Assembly (NCBI GenBank): GCA_946965045.2
Contig: OX337239.1
Span: 3,162,001 to 3,226,000 of the forward strand
Direction of reading: 5' to 3'
From: Epithemia pelagica
Taxonomy: Eukaryota; Protista; Bacillariophyta
Length of the DNA: 64,000 nucleotides
This document shows positions 11,049 through 23,292 of the stretch, piece after piece (within the stretch, counting starts at the first letter, position 1; each line of letters starts with the position of its first letter). The notes under the pieces were generated by a model that ran no database searches, was not told the origin of the DNA, and was given only the letters and a program-made list of their open reading frames with translations. Made by a program: the position numbers and the translations under genes.

Positions 11049-12236
11049 ATGACAACGACACTGAAAGAACAAGCATGGCAGTCGGGCCTTGTACTTTTGG
11101 AAGAGACTCCTGAATGGAATTTCGAGGACTGGCCTCCTCTTGTGGGTGGATGGCGTTACTATCATGCTTCCGTCGTACTGAATCGTACCGATAACAACGA
11201 GGAGCAAACCGTCGTCGTGTTGGGAGGATTCAAACAAGGCCAAGGCTATGTCAACTCAATTCTTGTATTAAATTTGGCAGAGTACAACAAGCAGTGGCGA
11301 GAAGGGCCACCGATGAACAAGGCACGTTATGGACATGCTGCTGTTGCGTGCAATAGAGGGGTTTACGTGATGGGAGGATACAGTCGAGGACTTTTGGATT
11401 GTATCGAACGAATTGATGCCAATAATTTGCTTCGATCATCCTTAACAACCATCACCACGCAGGATAGTCATTGGAAAACATTGACATGTCGGTTGTCAAA
11501 GGAACGACATGGATGTTGTGCTGCTGCGGTTCACAACCGATACATCGTTGTAATGGGTGGCTATAACAACGATCGTTATTTGTCGTCGGTGGATATTATA
11601 GATACAAACAACCACACTGTCACTGCGGGACCATCCATGACTGTTCCACGACAACTTTGTGGCAGTGCGGTGATTGGCCACCGCATCTTTGTCGTTGGAG
11701 GTCATAACGACAATGGCCATCTTGACTCGGTGGAGTATTTGGAATTTACGCAGGAGAGAAAAGACGACACTTTGTCTACAGTCATTTCCTTCTCGTCCGC
11801 TTGGAACACTCTCTCTGAAATGGTGCTCTCCAACCCACGAACTTCTTGTGCAGTGGTTGCCGTGGGATCCTGTCTGGTTGTGGCGGGAGGACGAGGCAAT
11901 GTTAGTATGGAAGTATTGGATACGAACCGCAACCGTGTGTGGAATCTCCTACCATGCGGAAATCGCCGCGATGACTTCAGTATGGTGACTGTTGCCAATC
12001 AAGTTGCCGTGATAAGTGGTTTTGGCAGTCCTACCTGTGCGACATTACCACTACTGGACAAGCATACGTGGTGTTTTCAACGACTCTGTGAGCAGCAGCC
12101 CAACAGATGGTTTCTTTTTGGGGAAGGAAGGAATATCCAACATGCTGATATTTCACCCTTCTCCACCTCGACATCAGCTCATAAACGCGCAAGGCCCAAT
12201 ACACGCCGTGGTGATGAAGGGAAGGATGAAACTTGA
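11049..12236 (+). CDS. Kelch-only beta-propeller protein K4 (395 aa, intact)
   Basis: ATG 11049 (MTTTLKEQAWQSGLVLL) to TGA 12236. Six blades and a KRAR tail. Confidence 0.9.
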   Translation: MTTTLKEQAWQSGLVLLEETPEWNFEDWPPLVGGWRYYHASVVLNRTDNNEEQTVVVLGGFKQGQGYVNSILVLNLAEYNKQWREGPPMNKARYGHAAVACNRGVYVMGGYSRGLLDCIERIDANNLLRSSLTTITTQDSHWKTLTCRLSKERHGCCAAAVHNRYIVVMGGYNNDRYLSSVDIIDTNNHTVTAGPSMTVPRQLCGSAVIGHRIFVVGGHNDNGHLDSVEYLEFTQERKDDTLSTVISFSSAWNTLSEMVLSNPRTSCAVVAVGSCLVVAGGRGNVSMEVLDTNRNRVWNLLPCGNRRDDFSMVTVANQVAVISGFGSPTCATLPLLDKHTWCFQRLCEQQPNRWFLFGEGRNIQHADISPFSTSTSAHKRARPNTRRGDEGKDET

Positions 12237-14289
12237 AATCTGCAACGTATTGCATGTATGTCCTAACAATAGCGGAACTTTAGCATTATCATTTTACTCT
12301 CAAACAGTAGTTGGATTGTTTTCGTTATGACATTGCGACCTATAGAGATATAATGAACACTGTTGTACTAGTAGAAAACGAAAGTTACACTATCCTGCAT
12401 TACACCGCAAACAGGAGTGGAGGCAGGCCTTGGATATAGATGCCCATGGTACCATGCCTCTCTGCTGGTGAATGAGTCGAGTTATCTTGCTGTGGAAGAT
12501 TATGGTTGCGTGCCTGAAACACTTGGGCGCAGTGACTCGTTTTGGACGGTCGTCTTCGTTCCGACCATGCGTTTAATTGTGTGGGGTCCGGTTCTTCTAT
12601 GGCGAATGCCTGCGTGAGAGGACAGTACCCCGTCTCTCGATGCTTGTGGTTTCGGGTGACAGGACATTTACGATTCCTTTGGATTTTGTGACACCGTCGT
12701 GTGTTCGATATTTTCTCCAATTCGGCAATTTGCTTGCGTCGATCCAGCAATCAGTCTCTCCGTAGTGGCTCGTTGACAGTCCATGGGTATCGGTCCATGG
12801 GGATCCACAAGAACAATCGTAGTGTGCAAAGTTATGTCTTGCCCCTCAATGCCAGTTCCGCCGAAACCTTGTTGCACGATTACAACACTGTCGAACAGCA
12901 GTGTTGGACATTGACCAGTACATCGTTTGTGCCTCGTACAACACCCACACAACCACGACCCGCGCCGATCATGTCATGCCTATCGTCTCACAGCAGTGTT
13001 GGACCTCGATCACTACCACATTTGAGCCTCGTACCGAACTCAGCGGTACCAACAACAAAACCACGACCACGAATGCCGCCGATCATGTCTTGGCTGTAGT
13101 CTACTAGAATTTGTGGTTGTTGTTGTTGTTTTTCTTCTTCTTCGTTGGATTCTAATTGGTGTTGCTGCCTTGTCGTTCCGCACCAACACCAAGCTTGAAT
13201 CTTCGTACGTATTAGACTTGAAAGGGCGATGCGATCCTTTCCATAACCAGTTCTCCACTACTCCAATCGGACGCATCGGGAGGAGTTGAAAAAGGGTCCA
13301 TCCTTCAATCCGTAGTACTGCACTCCTCGTCACGGTGGTCCGACTTTGAGCATTCGTTGCAAACATACGACGTTTCCATTCAGAGCTGTCGTCATAAGTT
13401 TAATACCAGTTGCTGTAAAGCTCCGTACTTTTTTCGAGCCTCCACATTTTTATGTACTTCCAATGGGGCGACTTTGTTATCGATTCAGCACAGGTCCTTA
13501 TGGTGTCATGTCGAGAAAGAGTCCACATATAATTGTCGACCAGACTGCCATGCGGTGCCACAACACAAAGAGATTTGCGTGGTCTTGTAGTATGGTGTTC
13601 TTTTTTCGTCCAGTGTGACAACGACAAATGCGGTTTGGTTGTTGTACTTTTGCTATGGGATTCCATCGTGGTTTCTTTCCTGGCTTGCGCTGTTGCGGCG
13701 ACACTGGGCTGTAGGAGCACTTCCCACATACAAGTCCAACGCCAAAAGAGAGACATGTCTTCACACCGTCGTCAGATCGGTCCATGGAGATCCACAATAG
13801 CAGTTTGCAGAGTACAAAGTATAGCCACTTTCCCATGGCACTATCACGGAGGAAGGAAAAAAAGACCATGGCAGTGCTGCGGTATCCCCACCAACCACCT
13901 CGTGTCCAAGTATGGCTTGCTGGATTGTCCATGCGAGCAAACAAACGGCAAACATCTGGATTCTAAATGACAGCACTTGTGGTGCATACATGAGTATAAC
14001 ACTTTGGTCCTCCACTGTTGAAGTCCAGTGGAGGAGGACAATCTTTGTTACAAAAAGCACAATAGTGGCCGTATGGTGCTGATTGCTGATTTTGTCGTTT
14101 CAATAACACTTTGGTACTCTACGTTGCACGTCCAGTGGAGGAGGACACAAGAATGGCCGTGCTGATCTTTTTTTGTCGTTTCAGTAGCGGCGCGCGTGCG
14201 GCAGCTGGAAGAATAGACTATTCTTCCCTTTGTTTTTTGTCGTTATAATAGATCTTCCCCCAAACTGTGATGTGGAGTCCCCCCCCCGA

Positions 14290-16345
14290 AGTCTGTGGAG
14301 TCCCTTCCAAATCTTGGTCGCGGAATGAGGACAGGAATGGCTCGCAGGCGCGCCGACCGAGACGAGCCCTGTCACTCTAAAATATCGATTGATGTCGCCA
14401 AAAGACGACCACTCTTTAATAGAACCTACTGCTACACTCAATGGGAAACAAGGCATCTACGGTATCATCCCAACGGCAACGGCGTTCGATCCACGGCCAT
14501 GGCAGCCAAAGAATGATCATCCCAATTGGCAGTCTAAACTCATGGCAGGTATTCCTTGGGAAACATCCAACCACACTCCCACTAGCGCAGCAGACGGACC
14601 CATAGTATGCATAGCGCAACCTGCCCGTGCTTTTTGTAAAAGACGCCTAGCCAGGTTGCCAAGGTCGACAGTTTGCAAGCACCGTATCTAGTCATGTCAG
14701 CAGCAAGTGGCCTTGGCCTTTTCATCCGTTGTATTACTGGGGTTCTTCGCGAGAGACACCACGACCCATGGCAAAAATTGCAGGATGACGAAACTGACCT
14801 GAGCCAGTACCATGACAACGACCGGTACCCGTCATGACCATCGACCAGCAGCAGAAGAAGTAGCAGGATGGAACAACAAGAGCAGTGCCAACAACAACAG
14901 CTCGGTCGACGAAACAACAACAGCTCGGTCGAACCAAGTTCCTTCCCAGACGACTCGCATCACTGCCCAGGTCTCCATCCACGGCCTGTGCGCAGTGTCG
15001 TTGCTTCTCGGTCGATTGGGTATTCGTTGATGGGAACCAACAACCAGACAGACTGTGAAGCCTTCATTGCATTGTTGGGTATTCCATGGCATTGTGATTG
15101 GGATGTATGGAAATGCCAAACAAAACCCGACCATACTGTACTCCACCACCCATTGCAAGTGACATCCGCAACAACCACAAAAGATCTGACACGAATCCAC
15201 ACGACCTTCATGGCTGTTACGGGCATTCTCCGTTGACGCTTCATGGCCTGCAGCTATAACTTTCTTCTTGTTCGGTACTAAAGGGACTCTTCTTGTCGCC
15301 ACCAGAAATGATCCACTCAATTCCCAATGTCGACCTTTTCTTGTTGGGACCCACCAACAAATTGTTATTCTGCTACTAGAGGGGATTGGAAACAAGTCTT
15401 GGTTGCCAGCAATGAGCATTCTACCATTCTTGTGGTGCGAGTCGAGAGGATGACGGAGGAGCGCATGTCCAATCGGTATACTGCTAGTTCCCATGGGCGC
15501 TTCGCAAAGCTCGGACATTGGCGGAAACGAGAGACGACGGAATGACGAACATGTGCACAATCAGTGCAGTGCAGTAATGAGTGTAGCAGCGGCAGCACCG
15601 AGGATGCAGAACCGTTGACGATTCGTCATTCCTCATCCACAAAACTCCCTCTGTAAGCTTGCTCCTACGGCTAAAAAGCTTCGAGATGGTCTGCCCAAGC
15701 CCGTGGGCAATCATGGTCTGCAATGAGACTCTCGATCGATTAAGTGTTCCCAGCAGTTGGTCGTCTTCCCCACAACATCCTAACGCAAGATGAGCAACAA
15801 CATCAGGAGGTATCCATCGGGCCAAAACATGCATGGAGGAAGCGAATCTCTTCTGATTTACCGCTTTCATCCTCAGAGTGAGGGAGGATCCGCAATGAGG
15901 GGTATATGGAATCTCTTGTTTCGTGTAATGTACATCACCATCTCATGGGTCCCTCCGTAAGAAGAGAAGTTGTGGTTATCAAAAGCAGAGGCTCAGATTG
16001 CAAAGAGATCCTCTAGTCATGAGCGCCCACGAAGAACCTATGGATGCAACACAAGGAGACAAAGAGATGGATAGGAGCCATACATATCAGTGGTTGTCTG
16101 TCTCACCATGAGGTTAATTTCGGTATCCAAAACTTTTCATGGAACTCCAAACAAGAAGGCGCGATCTTCTTTATTGCGTGGCAACGGTCACGATTTGTCT
16201 CGTGACGAAAGCTCCTACCCCTCTTTGGTCCATCCATTTTCTGCAGTCAGTCGTGCTTCCAGTCCGCACCCATCAGAATCACAACATCAGAGGAAAACCA
16301 CTAACCACTTAGCATACAGTGTCTCGATCCCCATAAATTCTGCAG
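14290..16345 (+). repeat. Spacer module upstream of K5, paralogous to 42960-45010 (upstream of K9) and partly to 47580-49900 and 56990-58650
   Basis: Long collinear similarity, e.g. ggaatgaggacaggaatggctcgcaggcgcgccgacc and gagggaggatccgcaatgaggggtatatggaatctc. K5 and K9 also share their 3' flank. Confidence 0.8.
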
Positions 16346-16362
16346 TGGAAACGTTTGCAACC

Positions 16363-17547
16363 ATGGCCACCACACTGCAAGAACAAGCGTGGCAGTCGGG
16401 CCTTGTCATATCGAAAGAGACAGCAGAATGGAATTAAGCCGATTGGCCTCCGCTCGAGGGAGGATGGCGTGTAGGTCATGCTTTGGTGGTACTTAATCAT
16501 CCCGATAATGACGACGATATCAACAACAAGGGACAAACCGTCATCGTGTTGGGTGGATATCAAGCAGGTCAAGGCCAGCTCAATTCCGTTCTGTAATTGA
16601 ATCTGGCAGACCAAAACAAACAGTGGAGAGAAGGGCCACCCATGAACAAGAAACGTGATGAACATAGCGCTGTTGTGTGTAATGGAGACATTTATGTGGT
16701 AGGAGGATACAGTGAAGGGTTGCATATGAATTGCTTGGAGCGGATTGATGCCGATGATTTGCTGCAATCATCTTCGACACCAAGCAGTTCTACGAAGAGC
16801 CATTGGACGACATTCCCGTGTCGCTTATCAACGGAACGACGAATGTGTTGTGCTGTTGCGGTTCAAAGCCGATACATCGTTGTATTGGGTGGCTACACCA
16901 ACCGTTGTTTGTCGTCGGTTGAGATTATTGACACCTGCAATAACATTGTCATTGAGGGACCAAGCTTGACTATTTCACGACGACAGTGTTCCAGTGCGGT
17001 TATTGGTCACCGCATCTTTGTCGTTGGAGGCCAAAACGAGAACGGCAATCTTAACTCGGTTGAGTATTTGGACTACGCAACACCCTGTGACAATGACGAG
17101 GCAAAAAAGGAGACTGGCTTGACATTCATTTCTTTCTCACCCATCTGGACCACTCATTCCGAGTTGAGGCTTTCCAATGCACGAAGTTCTTGTACAATGG
17201 TTGCTGTGGGATCTTGTCTGGTGGAGGCGGGAGGATGGAATTTATCTATGGAAGTCATGGATACAATCCGCAACCGCATGTGTAATTCTCCTCTATTGGC
17301 AAATACCCGGGATGGCTGTACTATGGTAACTGTTGCCAATCAAGTTGCCGTGATTGGTGGATGGGGCTTTCCTTCCTGTGCGACATTACGACTTATGGAC
17401 AAGAATACGTGGTCTTTTTGTCGACTCTGTGAGCAGCCACGGAACGAATGGTATCATTGTCAAGAACGATCGGGGAACGGAGATGTTAATGAAATATCCT
17501 GCACCAGCTTAACATCCGCTCGTAACCGATTGAGGACCAATACATGA
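16363..17547 (+). pseudogene. Kelch gene K5 with two in-frame stops (TAA 16435-16437, TAA 16594-16596)
   Basis: ATG 16363 is in frame with the 316-aa ORF 16597-17547. Blade 1 (RVGH) lies between the two stops. Confidence 0.87.
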
Positions 17548-19643
17548 TAGAGGATGGTACTTGAGAAATGTGCAACAAGTTGCACGGCCATAAGCCCGGC
17601 AACTATATCATGGCCATAATACTCTCGAACAAAACAGGAGATCGTATCCATCCTAAGTTACGTTGTGAGTTATATAAGTTAATGAAGTGAATCATATATC
17701 TAAGAGCAATTTCTTGTGTGTTTTGAACGCATTCACCTGTCACAGTCACTCTTGGGTGGATGGCCATGGTATCATTCCTCTCTGTGCTGTTGAATATTCT
17801 CTGGTCTTGATCAGAATGAATCATCTCTCAATGGAAGATGAACTTCTTTCATAGTCTCGTTGGATTCTTTGAACATGGAAAGAACGACCCGACTTGTGTC
17901 TCTACCAGAGATGGCACATAAGGAACAAGTGACGTCTCGACCATGACCTAAAAGTTGTGGGACGCAGTCGGTGGGGCCATGGATTGGTAGCAACGGCTGG
18001 ATCCGACAGCCAACACAGTTTGTCTATGTTTTGCTTTCCGTTGCGAGCGCAACAGTGCAAACTCTACTTCCCCTGTTGTAGGCAAAACATGTTTATCGTG
18101 AGTCGTCGTCGATTCCTCTTTCTTGGTGTCAATGTCTCGTTGTGGAGCAACCAATCCGTCGACGCGGTACAAATATTGGTGGTGTGCTACAATTCCCAAG
18201 ACTGTGCTTCTGGTGAACCTTGTTCCAACAAGGCACCTGTTTTGGAAGTCGTCATTTGATCCACCCATTGTGATGATGATGCATCGATCGACCTGTTGTG
18301 CAAGCGACGATTGTTCTTCTTGGTGTTTGGCTGCTATTGGTGGATCAGGAGTTGTGATTTTTCACTTCTTGTCGTGATCCTTGTTGAAAGAGACGGGCGA
18401 TTGTTCTAGTTGGGTGTTGTTTGGATGGTCAAGGCGAATCTTGTTGTCACTGTTGTCCACTTCTGATTGTTCTTTGTAGAAATCGAGCATGGGTGGTTGC
18501 TACTTCTGTACTTTTGTTTTGTTATTGGGCGTGGAAGTGGGGAAACCGACAAGTTTTACACCACCGCTCCACCACGGTAATATTTGTACCTCGAACTAAG
18601 CAGCAGAATTAGCAAGCGACAAAAAGGACAAGAGAGGCCCCTACAATGCCTTGTCACGAGCAGGACAGGAATGATGATTGATTGTTCATTGTCAAGTCTG
18701 GTTTCTCTTAGTTGTCGTGAATGCTTCATCTAGTTTCACTCTTTTTGGCTGGAGGTCGTTTTGACATAACAAAACTCTTGTACGTTCTCGACGCCACAGG
18801 TGGATCCAAGCAACGACTCATCCGGTCCACTTTTTGCTCGTTGAACTCTTGTGGTTTACAATCGAGACGACAACGTCACCTATTGACAAATGTAGCACTG
18901 GTCCTTACACCCACCTTGGCGGACGGAGGCCATTGACCGCGTCTGCCACAATCAATGGACCACATGCGCGAGCAATACTGACAACCGGCCAAGACGGCAC
19001 GAGACGGTTTTGCCTCTCCAACAATGATGATTGATATAATGACATTGGGGACCAACCTTTGCGGTCCAACCACATCCACGTGACATTCTGGAAAGCGGTC
19101 CAAAGAAGACGAATGCAGGCGTCTGCTGCGAGCTAATGCAACACATCATGAGCGCCATGATGGGATGCTGAATGACATGTTTCTTCTGGCCCATCATGTC
19201 GTCAGATTCTTGCTTTTGTGTGATTGTCCTTGTGGCCTTGGTTCCTTGACTTTAACCCGATGAGTGATGCCCATTCGAATCATTGATCAAGAAGTCAAAA
19301 AGACCACTCTCTCTTTTGTTGTTGTTGTTGTCGTTGTCGTTGTGAACTTGACCAAGGAAAGAATGGTGTTGCTCCATAAATAGCGTGGGACGAGATGACT
19401 TGGAAATTATGGATTGTCGATCTGATGAATAGGACCTCTTCACCACAAATGACGCTCTCTCTCTCCCTCGTCGTCGTATCTTTTACAGTAAAAGATACGT
19501 CATGTAATCTATGTGCGACTGACTGCCATCCATCGTACGCAGGACAGGCACACCTTTCCTGTAATCTATGTGCGATTGACTGCCCGTGGAAGCTCTCGCT
19601 GCGAAAGCTTTCCCATTCCACGCGTTGCTCAATTGCCGTGACC

Positions 19644-20908
19644 ATGACAACGACACTGCAAAAGCAAGCATGGCAGTCGGGCCTTGTCCTGTTAGACGAG
19701 ACACCTGAATGGAATTTCGAGGACTGGCCTTCTCTTGAGGGTGGATGTCGTTACTATCATGCTTCGGTCGTACTGACACACCTGAATGGAATTTCGAGGA
19801 CTGGCCTTCTCTTGAGGGTGGATGTCGTGAAGCACATGCTACGGTCGTACTTCATCATACCGATAACAACAAGGAACAAACCGTCGTCGTGTTGGGTGGA
19901 TATCGAATAGGTCAAGGCGAGGAGCTCGATTCGGTTCTTGTATTAAATTTGGCAGACCCAAACAAGCAGTGGCGCGTGGGACCACCCATGAACAAGAAAC
20001 GTGTTCGACATGCCGCTGTTGTGTGCAACGGTGGCATCTACGTTATGGGAGGAAACGCCGGCTATTCAAGGTGGGATTGCATGGAACGCATTAATGCTAA
20101 TGATTTACTGCAATCATCTTGGACATCAAGCAGTACTCAGAAGAGCCATTGGACGACATTGAATTGTCGATTATCAACGGAACGATCAGGATGTGGTGCT
20201 GTTGCTGTTCATAACCGATACATCGTTGTAATGGCTGGATGCAACGGTCGCTATTTGTCGTCGGTGGATATTATTGATACCCGCAACCACGCTGTTACAG
20301 CAGGACCAAGCATGAGTGTTCCTCGACAATTATGTGCCAGTGCGGTCATTGGACACCGCATTTTTGTCGTCGGAGGTTGGATTGAACATGGCCGTGTTGA
20401 CTCTGTGGAGTATTTGAACTATGCAGCACCCTGTGAGAATGATGAGACAACAAAGGAGATTGCTTTCTCCTTGTCTGGCTGGAAGACTCATTTGGATCTG
20501 GTACTTTCTGGCGAACGATATCAATGTACAGTGGCTGTCGTGGGATCCTGTCTGGTTGTGGCCGGAGGAGACAGTGCAACCGTGGAAATCTTGGATACAA
20601 ACCGCAACCGCGTGTGGAATCTCCCACAATTCGTGAATCACAACATTGGCGGCAGTATGGTCACTGTTGCCAATCAAATTGCCATGATTGCTGGATTTGA
20701 GAATCCTACCTGTGCGACATTCCCATTAATGGACAAGAATACATGGTGTTTTTGTCAACTCTGTGAGCAGCAGCAGCCCAGCGGATGGTATCATTCTCTG
20801 CAAGGAATGGGTTACCGAGTTACTGATATTTTGCCATGTTTGACCTCGACATCAGCTCGTAAACGAGCAAGGAAGAATACGCGCCAAAATGAGAAAGGGT
20901 CTGATTAA
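19644..20908 (+). CDS. Kelch gene K6: 77-bp tandem duplication frameshifts the ATG-19644 frame; ATG 19745 gives a 387-aa six-blade product
   Basis: Repeat units start at 19701 and 19778. ORF 19745-20908 reads MSLLSCFGRTD-TPEWNFEDWPSLEGGCREAH and continues through all blades to an RKRARK tail. Confidence 0.75.
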
Positions 20909-21856
20909 GCATAGCCATTTTGTTCTCGAGTGGTTGACTCATTTTCTACATTCAATTGCAATCCTATTAGGACCTACAAAGTGTTTTCTCAAAAGTAGAA
21001 AGAACATGTTGCAAGATAGGGGGTACTTGTTTGTTGTCAAAGGCTGGAAGGAACGATCCGACTTGCGTAATGACGCGACAAGAATCTGGTGCTTTGATGG
21101 GATGAATGACATACATGAGTATAACACTTTGGTCCTCCACTGTTGCACGTCTAGTGGAGGAGGACAATCTTTGTTACAAAAAGCACAATAGTGGCCGTAT
21201 GGTGCTGATTGCTGATTTTGTCGTTTCAATGGATCTCAAAGCGATCCAAAGAAGACGAATGCAGGCGTCTGCTGTGAGCTAATGCAACACGGGAAGCGAG
21301 TCAGAATGGGATGAATGACATGTTCCTTCTGGTCCATCATGTCGTCAGATTCTTGTGTTTGGTACTTGTACTTGTACTTGTACTTGTGGCCTTGCTTCCT
21401 TCACTATATACCTGATGAGTGCTGCCCACTCACATCATTGGATCAAGAGAGGACCACTGTCTCACTCTGTTTTGTTGTTATTGATGTGAACAGTCCGTAG
21501 GCCCAAGGCAAGAATGGTGTTCCATAAATGGTGTTGGTCGAGATGACTCAGAAACTAGGGATATCTACCCAGTGGATGTTGGATTGTCGATCTGTGGACC
21601 TCTTCGTCATAGGAGGACCTCTTCATCACAAATTGGGATGTCGATCTCTCTCCCTCTCGTCTCGTCCTATCTTAGAGCAAAAGATACTTTTCTTGGGGTC
21701 ATGAAATCTATGTGCGATTGATTGCCCTTCATCATCGTACGCAGGACAGGCACAACTTTCCTGTCTTCACACATCACTCTCTCTCCTCTCCTCGCTGCGA
21801 AAGCTCAATTGCAAAGCTGTCATTTCTCGTCGACGTTGTTGTAAAGCGCCGTGACC

Positions 21857-23047
21857 ATGACAACGACACTGAAAGAACAAGCATGGCAGTCGGGCCTAGT
21901 CCTTTTGAACGAGACACCTGAATGGAATATCGAGGACTGGCCTTCTCTTGAGGGTGAATGGCGCTGGCATCATGCTACGGTCATAATTGATCATCCCGAT
22001 AACAACAAGGAACAAACGGTCGTCGTGTTGGGAGGTTACAGACAAGCCCCAGGTGCCACGGATTCCGTTCTTGTATTGAACTTAGCAGACCCAGACAGGC
22101 AGTGGCGAGAAGGGCCACCCATGAACAAGAAACGTGGTGGACATGCCGCTGCTTTGTGCAATGGCGGCGTTTACGTAATGGGCGGATTCAATCGAGTAAC
22201 TTTGGATTGTATTGAACGAATCGATGCCAATGATTTGCTACAATCATCCTTAACAACAACCACCACGCATGAGAGTCATTGGACGACATTGACATGTCGA
22301 TTATCGACGAGAAGAAATGGATGTTGTGCTGTTGCGGTGCATGATCGATACATTGTTGTAATGGGTGGCTGTTACAACCATCGCTGTTTTTCGTCGGTGG
22401 ATATTATTGATACCAGCAATCACATTGTCACTGCTGGACCATCCATGACTGTTCCACGAGCATCCTGTGCCAGTGCGGTCATTGGCCACCGCATCTTTGT
22501 CGTTGGAGGCGAAAACGATCTTAACTCGGTGGAGTATTTGGAATTTTCAAAGCCTGGTGACAATGAAGAGACAAAGAAGCAACCTGGCTTGACATTGAGT
22601 TCTTTCTTTTCCACCTGGATAACTCATTCTGATTTAGTGCTTTCCAATGCACGAAGTTGTTATGCAATGGTTGCCGTGGGATCTTGTCTAGTGGTGACTG
22701 GAGGATACGAATCATCCGTGGAGGTCTTGGATACGAACCGCAACTGCGTGTGGAATCTTCCACCATTCGCATATCACCGCGATGGCTGCAGTATGGTGAC
22801 TGTTGCCAATCAAGTTGCCGTGATTGGTGGTTTGTACAATCCTACCTGTGCGACATTACCACTAATGGATAGGAATTCTTGGTGTTTTCGTCGACTTTGT
22901 GAACAGCAATCGAACGGATGGTATCATTCTCTTGAAGGTATGGGTATCCGAGATGCTGATATCTCACCCTTTTTCACCTCGGCATCAGCTCGTAAACGAG
23001 CAAGGCAGAATACGTGCCAAAATAAGAAAGGGTCTGATGAAACATAG
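21857..23047 (+). CDS. Kelch-only beta-propeller protein K7 (396 aa, intact)
   Basis: ATG 21857 to TAG 23047. Six blades and an RKRAR tail. Confidence 0.9.
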   Translation: MTTTLKEQAWQSGLVLLNETPEWNIEDWPSLEGEWRWHHATVIIDHPDNNKEQTVVVLGGYRQAPGATDSVLVLNLADPDRQWREGPPMNKKRGGHAAALCNGGVYVMGGFNRVTLDCIERIDANDLLQSSLTTTTTHESHWTTLTCRLSTRRNGCCAVAVHDRYIVVMGGCYNHRCFSSVDIIDTSNHIVTAGPSMTVPRASCASAVIGHRIFVVGGENDLNSVEYLEFSKPGDNEETKKQPGLTLSSFFSTWITHSDLVLSNARSCYAMVAVGSCLVVTGGYESSVEVLDTNRNCVWNLPPFAYHRDGCSMVTVANQVAVIGGLYNPTCATLPLMDRNSWCFRRLCEQQSNGWYHSLEGMGIRDADISPFFTSASARKRARQNTCQNKKGSDET

Positions 23048-23292
23048 CGGATTTTGTTCTCAAGTGGTTGACTCGTTTTCTACATTCAATTGTAATCCTA
23101 GGACCTAGTAAGTGTTTACTAAAAAGTAGAAAGAACACGTTGCAAGATAGGAGGTACTTCCTTGTTGTCAAAGGCTGGAAGGAACGATCCGGCTTGTGTA
23201 AGGACGCGACAAGAATCTGGTGCTTTGTCGTGGCATCGTGGCACTTTACACGACACAAAGTCGTCGTTCATGGATTCATCTCGATTCGGACA

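Larger units (their letters stand above)
7338..15308 (+). repeat. Segmental duplication copy A (~8 kb; contains K3, K4 and spacers)
   Basis: Collinear and near-identical (roughly 98-99% by eye) to 50005-58006. Identity ends abruptly after cttgtcgccaccagaaa. Confidence 0.92.

Noticed and set aside
14832-15560. 242-aa and 277-aa - strand ORFs (14832-15560, 43416-44249) and other spacer ORFs as genes
   Set aside because: Alternative start codons, frames not preserved among the four paralogous copies, and no recognisable domain.
19701-19854. Possibility that one unit of the K6 duplication is spliced out as an intron
   Set aside because: The GT/AG pairs I checked remove 76 nt or lack an AG acceptor. 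I found none removing exactly 77 nt.
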